From the NCBI GenBank assembly GCA_964247055.1, contig OZ176053.1, positions 2,976,001-3,040,000 of the forward strand: a DNA stretch of 64,000 nucleotides, given 5' to 3'. A program made the position numbers and the translations under genes. Every line of letters starts with the position of its first letter. The first letter of the stretch is position 1. This DNA comes from Paragordius varius. Its lineage: Eukaryota > Animalia > Nematomorpha. Below the pieces are notes generated by a model. It searched no databases, was not told where the DNA came from, and worked only from the letters and a program-made list of their open reading frames with translations. Positions 24,401-37,141 of this stretch are shown one piece after another.

Positions 24401-27400
24401 ATGCCCCAACGTCATACAATATACTAGTGCTGCTCTGCCAGCATGTGCATTGATGCGAAAGGGTAATAGCCAATTGGTCATGTGATGATTCGGAAATAAT
24501 TCCCATCCCAGCGATTTTATTGTCTTTCACTGGCTTTGATGTGAGATAGAGTATTGTCATACAGTAAACTTATTTTACCATGTCTTCTGGCCCATTCCGG
24601 GGTTTTTTGATCGGTGCATGGTTTAAATAAATCATTTGTAGCCGATGAGTTTTGTATTAGGGGCTTTATTGGACTTTTTTAGTATATAATACAGCTCTAA
24701 TCCGATCACACTCAGGGCATTTTCTTGCGGAGTAGTTTGGCCTTGGTGATAATGAACTGTCTTAATAAGGCAAAATGTGTTCAGCTTTGGATTTAAAAAT
24801 AGCTTCCATCCTTCCCCAATTCTACCAAAAATAGTTCCTTTCGTGACTTACATGATTTAACAGGTCACTTTGCAAGCTATTTGATCTTCAGTCTAATTGC
24901 GTGAGCATTTACTGAGTTTGTATTCCCTCATTACTTGACGTCTACTGCTTGTTTTTGTGATGCAATATGCTCCTTTTCGTTGTGTTGTCTGAGTCATCAT
25001 CAATAAATCCTCCGCCTTATCGTCTTCGCAGCTGTGCTATTAGAGCGCCTACTTTCTTTTACATTGATATCAAACTTATTAACAAATCCATGTTTCACAT
25101 GTTTTAATGGAGCAAGTCATTTTATATTTATGTCCGATGACTGACTTTCAACAGCCTTTTTCTTTTGATATTAAAAGAAAAGCAGTTGTCGCATTCAGGT
25201 ACAAAACTTGAGATAATGACGGAATAATAAAAATAAACAATACTTTTCGGCATACTCAACCTGTTTTGTCGTTCAATTTCTGATAAACAAAATGATGTTT
25301 TAAGTGAATCGTCAGCGTACTTTTTGCTGACGTCTTCTCTTATAATAGTTAAAAGTTGAAGAATACCCCTGGTTTAATGATACCTTTTATGGCTATTTAA
25401 GCAAAAAATATACCATTTGCACTTCAAGAGTGTCCTTAAACACTTCAAGTTGGTCCTTGAACATTTCAAGTTGGTTCTACACTTCAGGTTGGTCCTTGAA
25501 CATTTCAAGTTGGTCCTTGAGCACTTAAGGTTGGTCCTTAAATTTTTTAAATTTTTATTACCTTAATTTTTGCATGTATATTTTTATTTTATAAATTTAA
25601 CCTAATTATCTTTATTTATTATATATTTTTTATTTAAAAATCAAAATTTTTAATCAAAAACCACTTATTTATTTAAACCAATTTTTTCCAATTCAATATA
25701 ATTATTAACTTTTAAATGTTTTCAATGAAAAATTGTAAATACCAGTATATATTTATTTAATAGGTGTGAAAATCTTATTAATATTCAAAATAATTATAAG
25801 AAATTAAAAGGATATACGGTTTCTCAGTGATTAAAAGTTGATATTGATGTAAAATTTATGTTAAATAATTGAAAATAGGTCAAAAAGGATAAAATCGATG
25901 AATGATTTACGATTTGATTGATAAAAGTGTAATACAAAACAAAAAAGTCAAAGGACCAATGAATTTTTTTAAGACCAACTTGAAGTGTTCAAGGACCAAC
26001 TTAAAATGTTTAAGGAGCAATTGAAGTGTTCAAGTACACTCTTGAAGTGCAAATGGTATATGTTACGGTTTAAAAAATTTTCAATTTTAGTATAAAATTA
26101 TTTCGATAAAATAATTACAATCTAGAAAAATGTATCAGGATATGGCGAGGGTGATTTTAGTTACTAATACAATAATCGTGAATTCGCATATCAGATGTTA
26201 AATTTTTCATGGAAGACATATGATCCAATTTAAGCTGGATCGTTGAAGAAACCAAGAAAATGCTAAAATTACTTAGTTAATTGATTTCGATTAAATAAAA
26301 TATTTTATTATAATAAGTATTTACTAGAGATATATATTGTATAAAAATTTTTCTCATACTATACCATTTGCACATCAAGAGTGTCCTTGAACACTTCAAG
26401 GTCTTTGAACATTTCAAGTTGGTCCTTCAACACTTAAAGTTGGTCCTTGAGCACTTCAAGTTTGTCTTTTTCCTTTTGTGTCCGCGATGATATATTAGGG
26501 TAGTTTAATACCCATTATCTTGTGGATAAAATACTGTTTCAAAAGTTATTTTAGTTAAAATTTTAATATAAACCATTGTCCTATATAGATAAAAAAGCTT
26601 ATATTTTTTACATTTTTGTAACTTTTAAGGTCTACATAGGAACAGCTTCAAAACACAATTTGATTAAACAGCTGTTTTTGAAATTAATAAATATAAAGTT
26701 TTTGCTGGTAAAATAAAATTTGAATGTTTACTAAATTTATTCACATTTCTAGCCATAATATACAATTATTTGCCTATTGTTTTAGCGATTTAAAAATAAA
26801 TTATGGAAAAAACGGTGCAAAAAAGTTTGAGTGATTTTACAATTTTACATGCCTAAAATAAAGAATGCATATTTTTATAATCTGCTTTATACCTAGGGTT
26901 GTGCTGACCAAGTCATGACCCGGTCATTTGACCGAGTCATGACCAGGTCAGTGACTATTTATTTCTTGAGCATGGTCATTAAAAAAACAGCTGTTTTTTG
27001 AAAAATTGCTAGTACTTTTTTTGGGAAAAAGATACTAAGATTTAATTGTTTTTTAATATAATTTTTAAAAAATATATTTTAAATATTTAAGGATGCATGT
27101 TAACAATATAATATTGTTAAACATGCATCCTTATAACATTAGCATTTAAGCATATCCAGTTATTTTGAAAAACAAAACAATCAAGCGCTTTGCAAAATAT
27201 GCAATTATACCATATATGTGAACCAATTAAATAAAAAACATCCTATAATAGGATATTTAATGATGAAAGAAAGTGTAAAACAAACTAGGTAAAATTTTAT
27301 TTGAAATATCCAGTATTAAAAGCTATGTATTTGAAGATTCAGAAGGCCACACACATAAGGCAAAATTCATTTTAAAACAAATTTCTTGATTAAATTTGAT

Positions 27401-30273
27401 TAAAAATATTTGTAAATAAATATCAAATAATGTATAATACAATCTTTTTAAAAAAACATGACTTTATTAGTAAAACGCAAGTGTCATTCGAACATTATTT
27501 TGACAATCCAATATCGCAGGATACTAAATTAAGTAAAAAGTGGTCATGACCATAATCTAACTGGGTCTGACCGGACTTTTTTGAAAAAGCAGTCAAATGC
27601 ACAACCCTATTTATACCTTATATACTATTAAAGATATTTTAATTTTGAATCGCTCTGGGATATAAAACTAACCCCAAAAGTCACAAAGTGTTAACAACGT
27701 ATGCATTTTTTAAGTTTTTTTAATCATAATCAAAAATATATAAATTTCATCGCGCAAAGCTTAATTCAAAGAAAACGAGCCCAAAGCGACCAAAAATTTG
27801 AGAATTTTAAAGCCCATATCTAAAATTTAAACTAATTAAAAATACTTATTTTTTTAAAATGTAGTTTGAAACTTATATTCAGCATAATATGCGCTAATTT
27901 TGCGATTTTTTTATATGGGTCAATTAGTTAAAAATGGTATGTAATCAACTTAAATTTAAGGCCCAAAACCAGTATGAGAATCCTGATATGTTTACCTATC
28001 AGAGCATATATATTTCATCAAGTACAGTGTTTATAAAATGATTACAACTTATTAAATTTAATATTTATCAAGTGTTTGAACTTTATTCATATTTGATAAA
28101 AATACTTGTTGAAATTTCGGTATTAAAGGTGTTTTCCAAGGCTTCCATTTTCATTATATATGTTAAGGTGAAAGTATAATTGGCAGTATAAGCATTAACA
28201 TATTGGTGACATGTATTATTTTCTGGACTGAACGGAATTATCTAAAATAGAAACAAATAGAAATAACTGCTTGTTTACTGAAGAAGTTGAAAAAAGAATC
28301 GTTTATAAATGTTTTAACAAATCAATATATTTTCAATCGGTTATTATTTTGTATAAACACTATATTTAAGATACTCTTTTATTATAATAATAAATATGCG
28401 TGTTTTAAAATTATTGTGGTAAGATAACCAAACACTAACTCTTCTTTCCAAATTTTAGATCAAAGCCCCTACTATAGCAAATCGTTATGTGTAAATCTGT
28501 TGTGAGTCTTTTCTAATTTTAGTAAAGTCAAAGGCTTAATCCTAACAAAACCAAAATATTATGTACAGGAAAAAAGCCTACAATTATAATAGAAGGAGTA
28601 GAAATAGAAATAGTTAAACAGTTAACGTTTTTGGGCGCAATAATTTCAGAGGATGGGTTTTCAACTCCTGACATTAGAAAGAGAATAGGATTGGGTAGAG
28701 AAGCGATGACCAAATTAATAAAGATTTGGAAAAACAAAAGCGTAGGAGTTGAAACCAAAAAAAGATTACTCTACTGTTTCGTTCTCCCGGTCACCACATA
28801 TGGATGTGAGAGTTGGATTCTCAGAAAAAAGGACAAAGAAAGGCTCATGGCTTTTGAAAGGAGTTGCTGGCGTAGGATGTAGGATACGCCTGGAAGGATA
28901 AAATTAAGAATGAAAATTTAACTACAGAAATAAAACCTAAAACAAACATCATGGAGATAATTCTAAAAAGAAAGTTAACATATTTTGGTCATGTCATGCG
29001 ATCGAATTCTCTGGAGAAAGATACAATGTTTGGGAAGGTAGACGGGCAAAGGAAACGAGGCCGACCACCGATGAGGTGGTTGGATATGATAAAAGAAGAG
29101 ACCAAAATGACACTGAAAGAGCTCAATATAGCGGTTAAAGATAGAAAAAAATGGAAAGAAATAGTTAAAACTATATCCAAAAAGTCGTTTACGACTTAGG
29201 AAAAACCAACCAACCAACCCATGAAAGATTTAACACTGGTTTGCCCCTGCGGAGAAATGTTAAGGTTCGAAAAAACTGTTTTTTCAAAAACATACAAATT
29301 AGCCCTCCCTACTCTAAACAATCACTCTACTTTAAATAAAATTAGCAATCAACGAATATGAAGTAAACTAAAATAATATCATTGACCTAAAGCACATTTA
29401 ATATTACATTAAACATTGAGCGGGTTCTAGGTTCAATTATAAAAAAATAAAAAATATACCTGAGTTTCGTTAAAGCATGGTTTGACATTTTCATAACATC
29501 TTTTCATTGTTAAGGAATAAGTGACTTGAGCTGTCAAATAGGACGTCCAGCATACATTTATGTTTTGGTTATTCGAATGCGCATTTATCGTTAATTGTGA
29601 ACTATTAACTATAGGTAAAAAATGTATAAGTCAAAACGGGTAATGGTTATAATTTTCAACACACTATTAAAATAAAAACATAAAAATTGAGAACTATGTG
29701 CGAATTCGTCGTTAAAGATCCAAATATCCATAAGCCATGAATACACTTTATATTCAAATTTCCTCAAGTTAAGAATTTTAATTTCTGTTTATTGGACATT
29801 CGGAAATCGACAAGTGTAAAACCCTATTTCCGATTTTCAGAACCGTATTTATCTTTTCGATTCCTAAAACGTTTTTAAACCAATAATTGGTCGCTAACAC
29901 AGTCATCATACATACAGAACCATTTTGGATAATACAGTAGAAATTATACGGACAAAACGTAAAAATATAAAGACAAATATTTTTAATCTTTACACAATCA
30001 ATTCTATATTTTACAATTAAGTAGCTTATATGGATAACATTGAGGTTTAAAGTTAGATAAAAATATTTGTCTTTATATTTACATGCCCGTATAATTTCAA
30101 TTTTTCTGTATTCGGAATTCTTTGATAATTTAAAATATAATCTATTTTTTAATTTAAAACAATCTAAATCATATGGATTAAATAAAACTATTCATATGTT
30201 TACCTTTTGTGGCATGAAGATATAGTTGGATATGACATGATAGTATTAATGCCAAATATATTTTTGAATTCAT
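15485..30273 (-). CDS. Unannotated secreted glycoprotein, copy A (~318 aa, FN3-like N-terminal domain). Exons: 30273-30204, 29608-29460, 28241-28106, 22471-22357, 21818-21665, 21293-21183, 19170-19014, 15549-15485
   Basis: Eight AG/GT-bounded open exons with phases 1,0,1,2,0,0,1 that chain without a stop (957 nt). Exon 1 is signal-peptide-like (MNSKIYLALILSCHIQLYLHATK). All exons are also open and splice-compatible in the paralog. Skipped additional exons are possible; the last exon is the least certain. Confidence 0.75.
16276..18325 (+). mobile_element. DINE-1/Helentron-associated (Helitron2-type) non-autonomous element with central tandem repeats; partial minus copies ~12757-14560, ~35775-36835, ~54575-55470, ~55712-56170
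   Basis: 5' end TACTAGCTGGCCCT followed by hairpin GTCAC-GCTTCGCT-GTGAC. 3' end with a CCGG-TTTT-CCGG stem-loop and ...TTTTATAAATATATAGAT terminus (clearest at 54575). About ten ~150-165-bp internal repeats. Confidence 0.7.
25411..26058. mobile_element. TA-target MITE family D (other copies 26362-~26465, 62838-63209, 63514-64000)
   Basis: TIR TACCATTTGCACTTCAAGAGTGTCC plus 21-bp tandem units CACTTCAAGTTGGTCCTTGAA. TA duplication shown by the empty site near 30894. Confidence 0.85.
26834..27609. mobile_element. hAT-type MITE (family E), 776 bp
   Basis: TIR TAGGGTTGTGC; perfect TSD TTTATACC; subterminal GTCATGACC repeats; nested in a piggyBac-like MITE. Confidence 0.9.
28532..29218 (+). mobile_element. 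5'-truncated copy of the same RTE element
   Basis: Nearly identical to ~42.26-42.94 kb (a handful of substitutions, one 1-bp deletion). (CAAC)n tail. The empty site is visible at ~61310-61325 in the paralogous block. Confidence 0.95.
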
Positions 30274-32261
30274 GTTCAAAAAATTTATATTATAAAACTT
30301 TAAAATAAAATCTGTAATTTATTTTACTGATATACTTTGAATATATATGCCTAAAATGATGAAACTTTTCCCGTAAAAGTCCTATATGATGTATTAGTTT
30401 CAATATTGATGATTTTAAAGAATTTAATAGAATATACGTAAAACAATACACTCTTTACTTTATTATATCAGAAATTATTGAAAAATGTATGTTTATAAAT
30501 TCTATATATGTGAGCTAAATACACAAATTAAATCAATACAATTTTATGATTTGAACCTAAGTATAGTTTTTTTCGATATCCTTATTAGAAAATGACGAAA
30601 TGTCAATAATGAAATTGGCTAAAAATAATTTTGAAGTAAATTTTGCTCGCTATTTCTCGGATGTATTGTTAATTACACAATCCTAGGTCAACATAACGTA
30701 AAATAATTGGTATTTTTTGTAATATTGCATATCCTATTTTAAATATACAGAGTAAATACAATCAACCCTCATTTTGGGGATATTTTTAGGGACCCACATT
30801 TTTACATATTTTGGGAAAAATGACCTTTTGCGCCTTACTTGGGCCATAATACAAACATTAAAAAAATTTTATTTACCGGAAAACATGAATAAATATGTCA
30901 AGGTTGATAAAATAAATAAACTCTGATAGAAAAATGTATCAGGATAGGGGGTGATTTCAGTTACTAATACAATAATCGTATATTCGCATATCAGAGGTTA
31001 AGATATTAGGGACCCACATTTTTACATATTTTTGTGAAAAATGACCTTTTGCTTCTTACTTGGGCAATAATACACCATATAAAAAAAATTTTACTGGAAA
31101 ACATAAATAAATTCAAGGTTAAAAATATTCCATTTTAGTATAAAAGTATCAGATAGAAAAATGTATCAGGATATGGTGAGGGTAATTTCAGTAACAAATA
31201 CAATAATCTTGAATTCGCATATCAGAGGTTAAATTTTTTATGGAAGCCATACGCTCCAATTTAAGCTGGATCGATTGAATAAAACCAAGGAAATGCTAAA
31301 ACTACCTAGTATTTTCTTCTAAAGTTGCTAGAAACATATATTATTTGAAAAATTTTTCATACTATTTAACATTTTCAAAAAAATATAATTTCAATATGTA
31401 CTGGATTTTATTATGGTTTCTATGTAACCAGATAAGCTACGGCTAGTTTTGATTTTTCCAAATCATATATTTTATAAATTTTTTTATCAACACTTTAATA
31501 TAAATTTAAATAGTGACCGTAGACCATATTTAAATTGATATTATTAAAATTAATGACAACGGTTCCAATTTGAGTTTTATACTTTTAACCTGATAAAAAT
31601 TATATAAAAAAGCCAAAATATCTAAAAATTAGTTTTGAAAATGAGCTCAACTTCGACGCCATTTTTAATTTATACTATTTTTACATATTGTGCTTTTTTG
31701 TTTTTAAAGCTAAATACTTTTTTTTATTAAAATGTTGTCTAATAGGTTGCATTTATTTTTTTAGTAATATGTCATGTTGGCTAAATCTTTGCGTTCAGGT
31801 TTATCCATAAACTAACTAATAATTTTTTTAAAATTAATCTTTTTTATCTTTCGGGGCATTAATGTTGTCTGGCAAAATTTTTGTAATGGTTTCAATTTAT
31901 TCCAAATTTTCAAATAGATTTCAGACAAGCCGCCAAATTTAAATCGGAGGACTGAAATGAATGTGTTGTATCCATATGTCAAAAATTTAATCACATGAAA
32001 ATAAACCCCACAAAGTGATATTATATGAATTAATAGAAATTATATTAAAACCGAAACATGTATTTTTAGCTGGAACCATAATTCTAAAAATATTAACGCT
32101 AAAGCATTTAAATTCAAACAATTTAATATTTTTCCAAATTTTTTTATTTAATGAGCCAAATCGTTTTGAATATTTAAAATTTGACCCAAGTATATATAGT
32201 TTTTAAATTATTTATATTAAACATGGGTCTGGGATATATACTAAAACGTTGATATAAATAC

Positions 32262-32367
32262 TTGTGCATCCATACGTATGTTCTTCAGAAATTTCGTTCA
32301 GACAATCAACATCAGCAAGAAATATTTTTAACCGTAATTCTGCGCTGAATTTCGAAACATAATGACA
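32262..32367 (-). pseudogene. Diverged remnant of exon 6 of the duplicated secreted-protein gene (third copy)
   Basis: Translates CHYVSKFSAELRLKIFLADVDCLNEISEEHTYGCT versus GHYVLKFNKELRLIICYITDNDSLKEICEERTYGNTQ. Its acceptor side abuts the hAT element starting at 32371. Confidence 0.65.
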
Positions 32368-32370
32368 ATA

Positions 32371-34785
32371 CAGTGGTACTCACCAAAAAAATTTGACGGG
32401 CCAAATAAAAATATATTTTTTTCGAGGGTCATGAACCTTATAATGGCTATTCCTTAGCTATTTGACACATATGCACATATTTATACTCTAAATCAGCACA
32501 ATGATTTTTTGCGGATCGCATGTAAATCCAGCTAAAAACTCGTTTTGCACCATTTAGTTAAAAAAATTAAATTTTTTTTTGATAACCACATTTATTTTGA
32601 TATTAACCAATAATTTTTGACAGGTTTCGCCTTATAACAGGCCAATCCTTTTACCTCGTCCATATGATCATCGGTTAAGCGATTTTTGTATGTATTTTTG
32701 ACATACTTCAGTTTTGAATATGCCATCTCACACATCTATGTTGAGGGAAAAACAATTATGATAACTTGAGCACATTTTTAAATATTTTCATATTTATTTG
32801 GCATATCTTGCCAAAACTCTACGTATCTTTCTTCTCTACGATTCTCCTTGTAGACTACAAATTGGAATCATTTTTAAATACGAATTCTTCAATAATATGC
32901 GCCTGATCAAAACCGAAATGCTCAAGTTGCTTAATATTGGATATATCCATATGCCATGGATATTCAACGAGTTTTAAGCAATTAATATTTCTTAATTTTT
33001 GAAATCTGAATTTTTTCTCATTAGATAAAATGTTAAATGATGTATATTATTGTATTAATCTTCGCGGTAAATTCCATATTTTCTTCATGAATCGTTTTAA
33101 GTGTTGGAAAATATAGGAGTGTTTTATTTATAAAATCTTGTTTTATATTATTATTCATCAATAGCAAATATTTGTAGCAAATTAGGTTATTATTTTGTTC
33201 CCTTAAAGACTTGTATTATAATAGGTTTATAAGTAATGTCCCAATGTAGGGTAATAAAACCCACCATTTTCGCTATTAATTTCCTCGTCAAACTTTCTGT
33301 CTCTTATAGATAATAGAATTTCATGTCTTGTCTTAAAACAAAAAATCTATTTAATACTTTGCTAAGGCTTAGCCATCTACTGGTGTAAGAATATCATCAA
33401 ACTATCTGTAAGAAGGTTTTTTAAATTTAAGGCGGTTGAATTCTCTGCCACGGATTTGGTTTATCCGCAACCGTTTTGAATTGAGTGATTTATCTTTTAT
33501 ACGTTAAACCAATGAAAAATAAAGCAGTGAAAGGATAAAATATTTTGCAAATTATATTTGTCTTTCAAAAGAGGAATAAATCCATCCTTTGTTTATTCCA
33601 ATCATAGAGGGACAGCCATCTGTGCAGATCGAAACCAATTTTCATAGAAATACCATTATTATCGAAAAATTGCTAATTTCGAGAAAATCACTTCCTCTCT
33701 GGTAGTTCATTGGTAAAAATTTTATTCTCGTTGATTATGTTGTCGTTGCAAAATCTCACGAAGAGCGCACATTGAGGTGTTGAACTAATATCAGTGCTAG
33801 AATCAATAGCAATACTAAATTTGCAGTTTTACAGAGCCAATAATGTATTGTCAAAATATATTTAGACATATTTTCAATGCGTCGAGCTCATGTTGAATCA
33901 GAAAGTTGAAATTTGCCTCATGATTTGATCTTTATTATGGAATTTATCTAATAAAAAGTGCAATCATTTATTAGACATTCTTTTATTAGTTGGGAATCAG
34001 TAAACGGTTTCATATTTTTTTCCTAAAATATAGAAAATTTTATACGAAGCCAATGTTACAGCTTTTTCGGGGAATAAAGTGGCCATAATATATTTTTCTT
34101 TCTGGTATAATTCCTTTATCTTTTTATAATTTTCGTTTCTTTCCTCGTGATTTTCTAGGAATTTATGAGAATGATGGATTGTAAAATGTCTTTCAATATT
34201 GTTTTTTTTATAACTATGTTGTCCTTACATATAAGGCGTGAAAGATTCTTCCCATTCTTTTTTTAAATTAGTGATTTTTATTGGATAATTTACGTTTTTA
34301 TGTCATCCTTTGAATTTATGTGTAAAAATTATGTAAAAAAATAGGAATATAATTTGAATTATGCTATAAAAAAACACGAAATTTAATGATGTTGATTTGA
34401 GAAATATTTTATAGGGATGACTTATAAATGATGCAGGATAGCAGAAAAGAAGATGTATATGCAAGTTTGGGTGAAAGGCTTGCTTAAATACAATAAAGGA
34501 ATGCAATATTTCAAAATAGAAAAAAATAGAATACAGAAACAAAAACAACATGTGCGAAAATTTTGTAATCATTTTAATATAGGGATCCTTTTTTACATTC
34601 CAAATTGAGTAAAATATAAAAATTACCAAAATTAAATCTAAAGAAATTAAATTAATATTAAAATAAGTGAAAATTCGTTTATGTCTATTTTAATAATTCA
34701 TCAATAAATCATTATGGTCATAGGGCAATTTAAAAGCACTCTTAGGGCCGCATGCGGCCCGCGGGCCGGGGTTTGAGTACCACTG
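32371..34785 (-). mobile_element. Degenerate hAT (Buster-type) transposon
   Basis: TIR CAGTGGTACTCA at both ends. Minus-strand remnants FKKEWEESF, NIERHF, SIAIDSSTDIS, SICTDGCPSMIG, KVLNRFF with many stops. No clear TSD. Confidence 0.8.
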
Positions 34786-35178
34786 CACTAGGGTGCGGCC
34801 CTAACCATATTTTAATTTGATGGATGCTTACTAAATTTAACGTTTAAACATTGAATACTTTAACCTATTATAGATTGCATCAAAGTTATGCTATTATTTT
34901 GTTCTTTTTTTCAGGCGTGAGGCCAAAACAGGAGCAAAAGAGCGTTAATAGCTTTAACCTAATATTAAAAATAATTAAAACCATTTTACAAATTTGGTTT
35001 CATAAGTTTTCCAAAATTAAATTGTGGCGCATTTTACAGAGTGTAGATATCTGCATAGCCGCTAATTTAAAAAACTTCAGACTAAATGTTTAGCCCTTAT
35101 ACCAGGGGCTTAAACCATGATTGTTTTTACATGGTCTTATAGCGGTTCCGAAAAGTTGCGTTAAAGCCACGTTATCTT

Positions 35179-35453
35179 CAGAGGCGTAGCTTGCATTTCT
35201 GGCGCCTGGTGCATGAATCCATGATGGCGCCCCTCCCCCTCCATGCAACCCTTTGCATTCTAAAAAATTAATCATATTCAAACCATGGTCATGACAACTC
35301 ATATATGGATTTTTATCTATTATTAAAAATAATAGCTTTTAAAAACCTATTTTTATGAAATAAAATTAATTTTTTTAAATCCGGCTCCCCTTCAACTATG
35401 GCGCCCGGTGCATCAGTCTACCTTTCCACCCCCCCCCCCCCCATACGCTTCTG
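35179..35453. mobile_element. hAT-type MITE, 275 bp
   Basis: TIR CAGAGGCGTA/TACGCTTCTG; perfect 8-bp TSD GTTATCTT. Confidence 0.85.
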
Positions 35454-37141
35454 GTTATCTTTTTATGATGATGTATTTTTAAGGGTAGCATAACCGGCAG
35501 CTTATTTTATAAAAACGGGGATTGTCAAATATTTTCCATGATATGGGAAACAAGCTAACTTCTTTATGCTTTATAGTCTCAAAGGGTGGAATTTTACTAA
35601 GCGGCTAATTTAGAATAAAAAGTGCTGAGCTTATTTTCTTCTTTTATTCTGAAAACTAAAATTGTTTAATTACGTTTTTTCGGTAACAATTGGATCTTAT
35701 CCTATTTCTACTTTAATTTAGATATCATTCAACCCAGCAAATTATACATGTTACCAATATACCAAAGCTTATAAAAAAACACAAGTCCACAGAAATTGTG
35801 TCTTTGAGACAATTTTCCGGAAAACTTGTGGGACTATTTAATTTCGAATATGATTTTTTTTACTTTTTTTCTATTGCGCCGAACATAGTCAACTCGCTTT
35901 TTTAATTTAGGCCCTCTTTTCACCCGCTCCCCCGGTAAAATGCCATTTTTTCCAAAAAACGTCCACAAAAATATTTTTGAATCTATTTTTCGCCCAAGGT
36001 ATGAGACCGTAGAAATTTGATAATTCCAGGTATTCCCTGTTAAAAGGCAAAAAATTTAGCAGTGCATTTTTATATGGCTGCTGGGTAAGATACCCCCTAA
36101 AAACTGCCCCATCATATCGAAATAGCGTGCCTTTGGGACTAAATTTCAAAAAACTTATCAGGCCATATGAGTTCAATAAGGGCTTGAAATATTACCCGTA
36201 AAAAAGGAAAAATTTACGTAGAGCGGTTATTAAAATACCCCTTAATTAGCCCCTTGCCCTGAAAAATGCGCCACCATAGAATTACATTTTGGTAGGCCAT
36301 TTTTTTCAAAATCCCACGAGAGCACTTGGAATCAATCATGATTTTAGGTATTCTCCATAAAAGGCAAAAAGTTTAATCAAGCGTGTATCAACCTCTCTTA
36401 AACTGTGTTACCATACGGAAATTGCGTTGTTTAGGAGTTAATTTTCAGAAAACTTATCAGTCATATAGCTTTAATAAGGGCCTAAAATGTTACCCGTAAA
36501 AAGGTAAAAATTTAAGTCGAGCGGTTTTTTATATTAGCCGTTAATTAGGTCCTTTACGCCCTGAAAAATGCGCCATCATTGAACTCTAATTTAGTTTTAA
36601 AGCCATTTTTCCAAAAACTATCAAGAACATATAGAATGAATGATGATTCCAGGTGTTCCCCTATAAAGGCAAATAAATTTATCGAACTTTTTTATATTTG
36701 CCTCTGAGGCTACCCCCCTACAACCGCGCCACCATATTGATACAGCATGACTTTGGAGGCAAATTTTAAAAAACTAATTAAGCCATATGAGTTCAAGAAG
36801 GGCTTGAAATATAACCCGTAAAAAGGCAAAAATTTAGAGATTTACGCTAGTTATTAATACTTAAATACAAATCATGTAAATTTGGAAAAATCATAATTCT
36901 AAGATACTCTGGTACATAGAAACCTAAAAATCCAGCCAAGGTTGTTTTATCTAAATATTGAAGCTTCTAGTAATACTTTTTAAGATAATATTAAAAGTTT
37001 TTATAATTTTAATTGATATCTATTGTAAATAGTAGGTAGTAAAAGCAAAAGTATTTTATTTAATAGTAAATAACCTAGTTTTAGCATTTACTTGGTTTTT
37101 TTAACATATCCTGTATAATTAATTGATACGTCATTATGATG

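Noticed and set aside
24980-25030. GGGFIDDDSD peptide reminiscent of XPA
   Set aside because: No XPA zinc finger or other motifs in the same strand and frame; likely chance.
25411-25540. CRISPR-like array of short direct repeats
   Set aside because: The 21-bp units are contiguous with no unique spacers, are mirrored at the other end of the element, and sit in eukaryotic DNA: MITE TIR subrepeats.
30560-31310. Coding exons upstream of the signal-peptide exon
   Set aside because: Conserved between copies, but every frame has stops or copy-specific frameshifts; treated as UTR or promoter.
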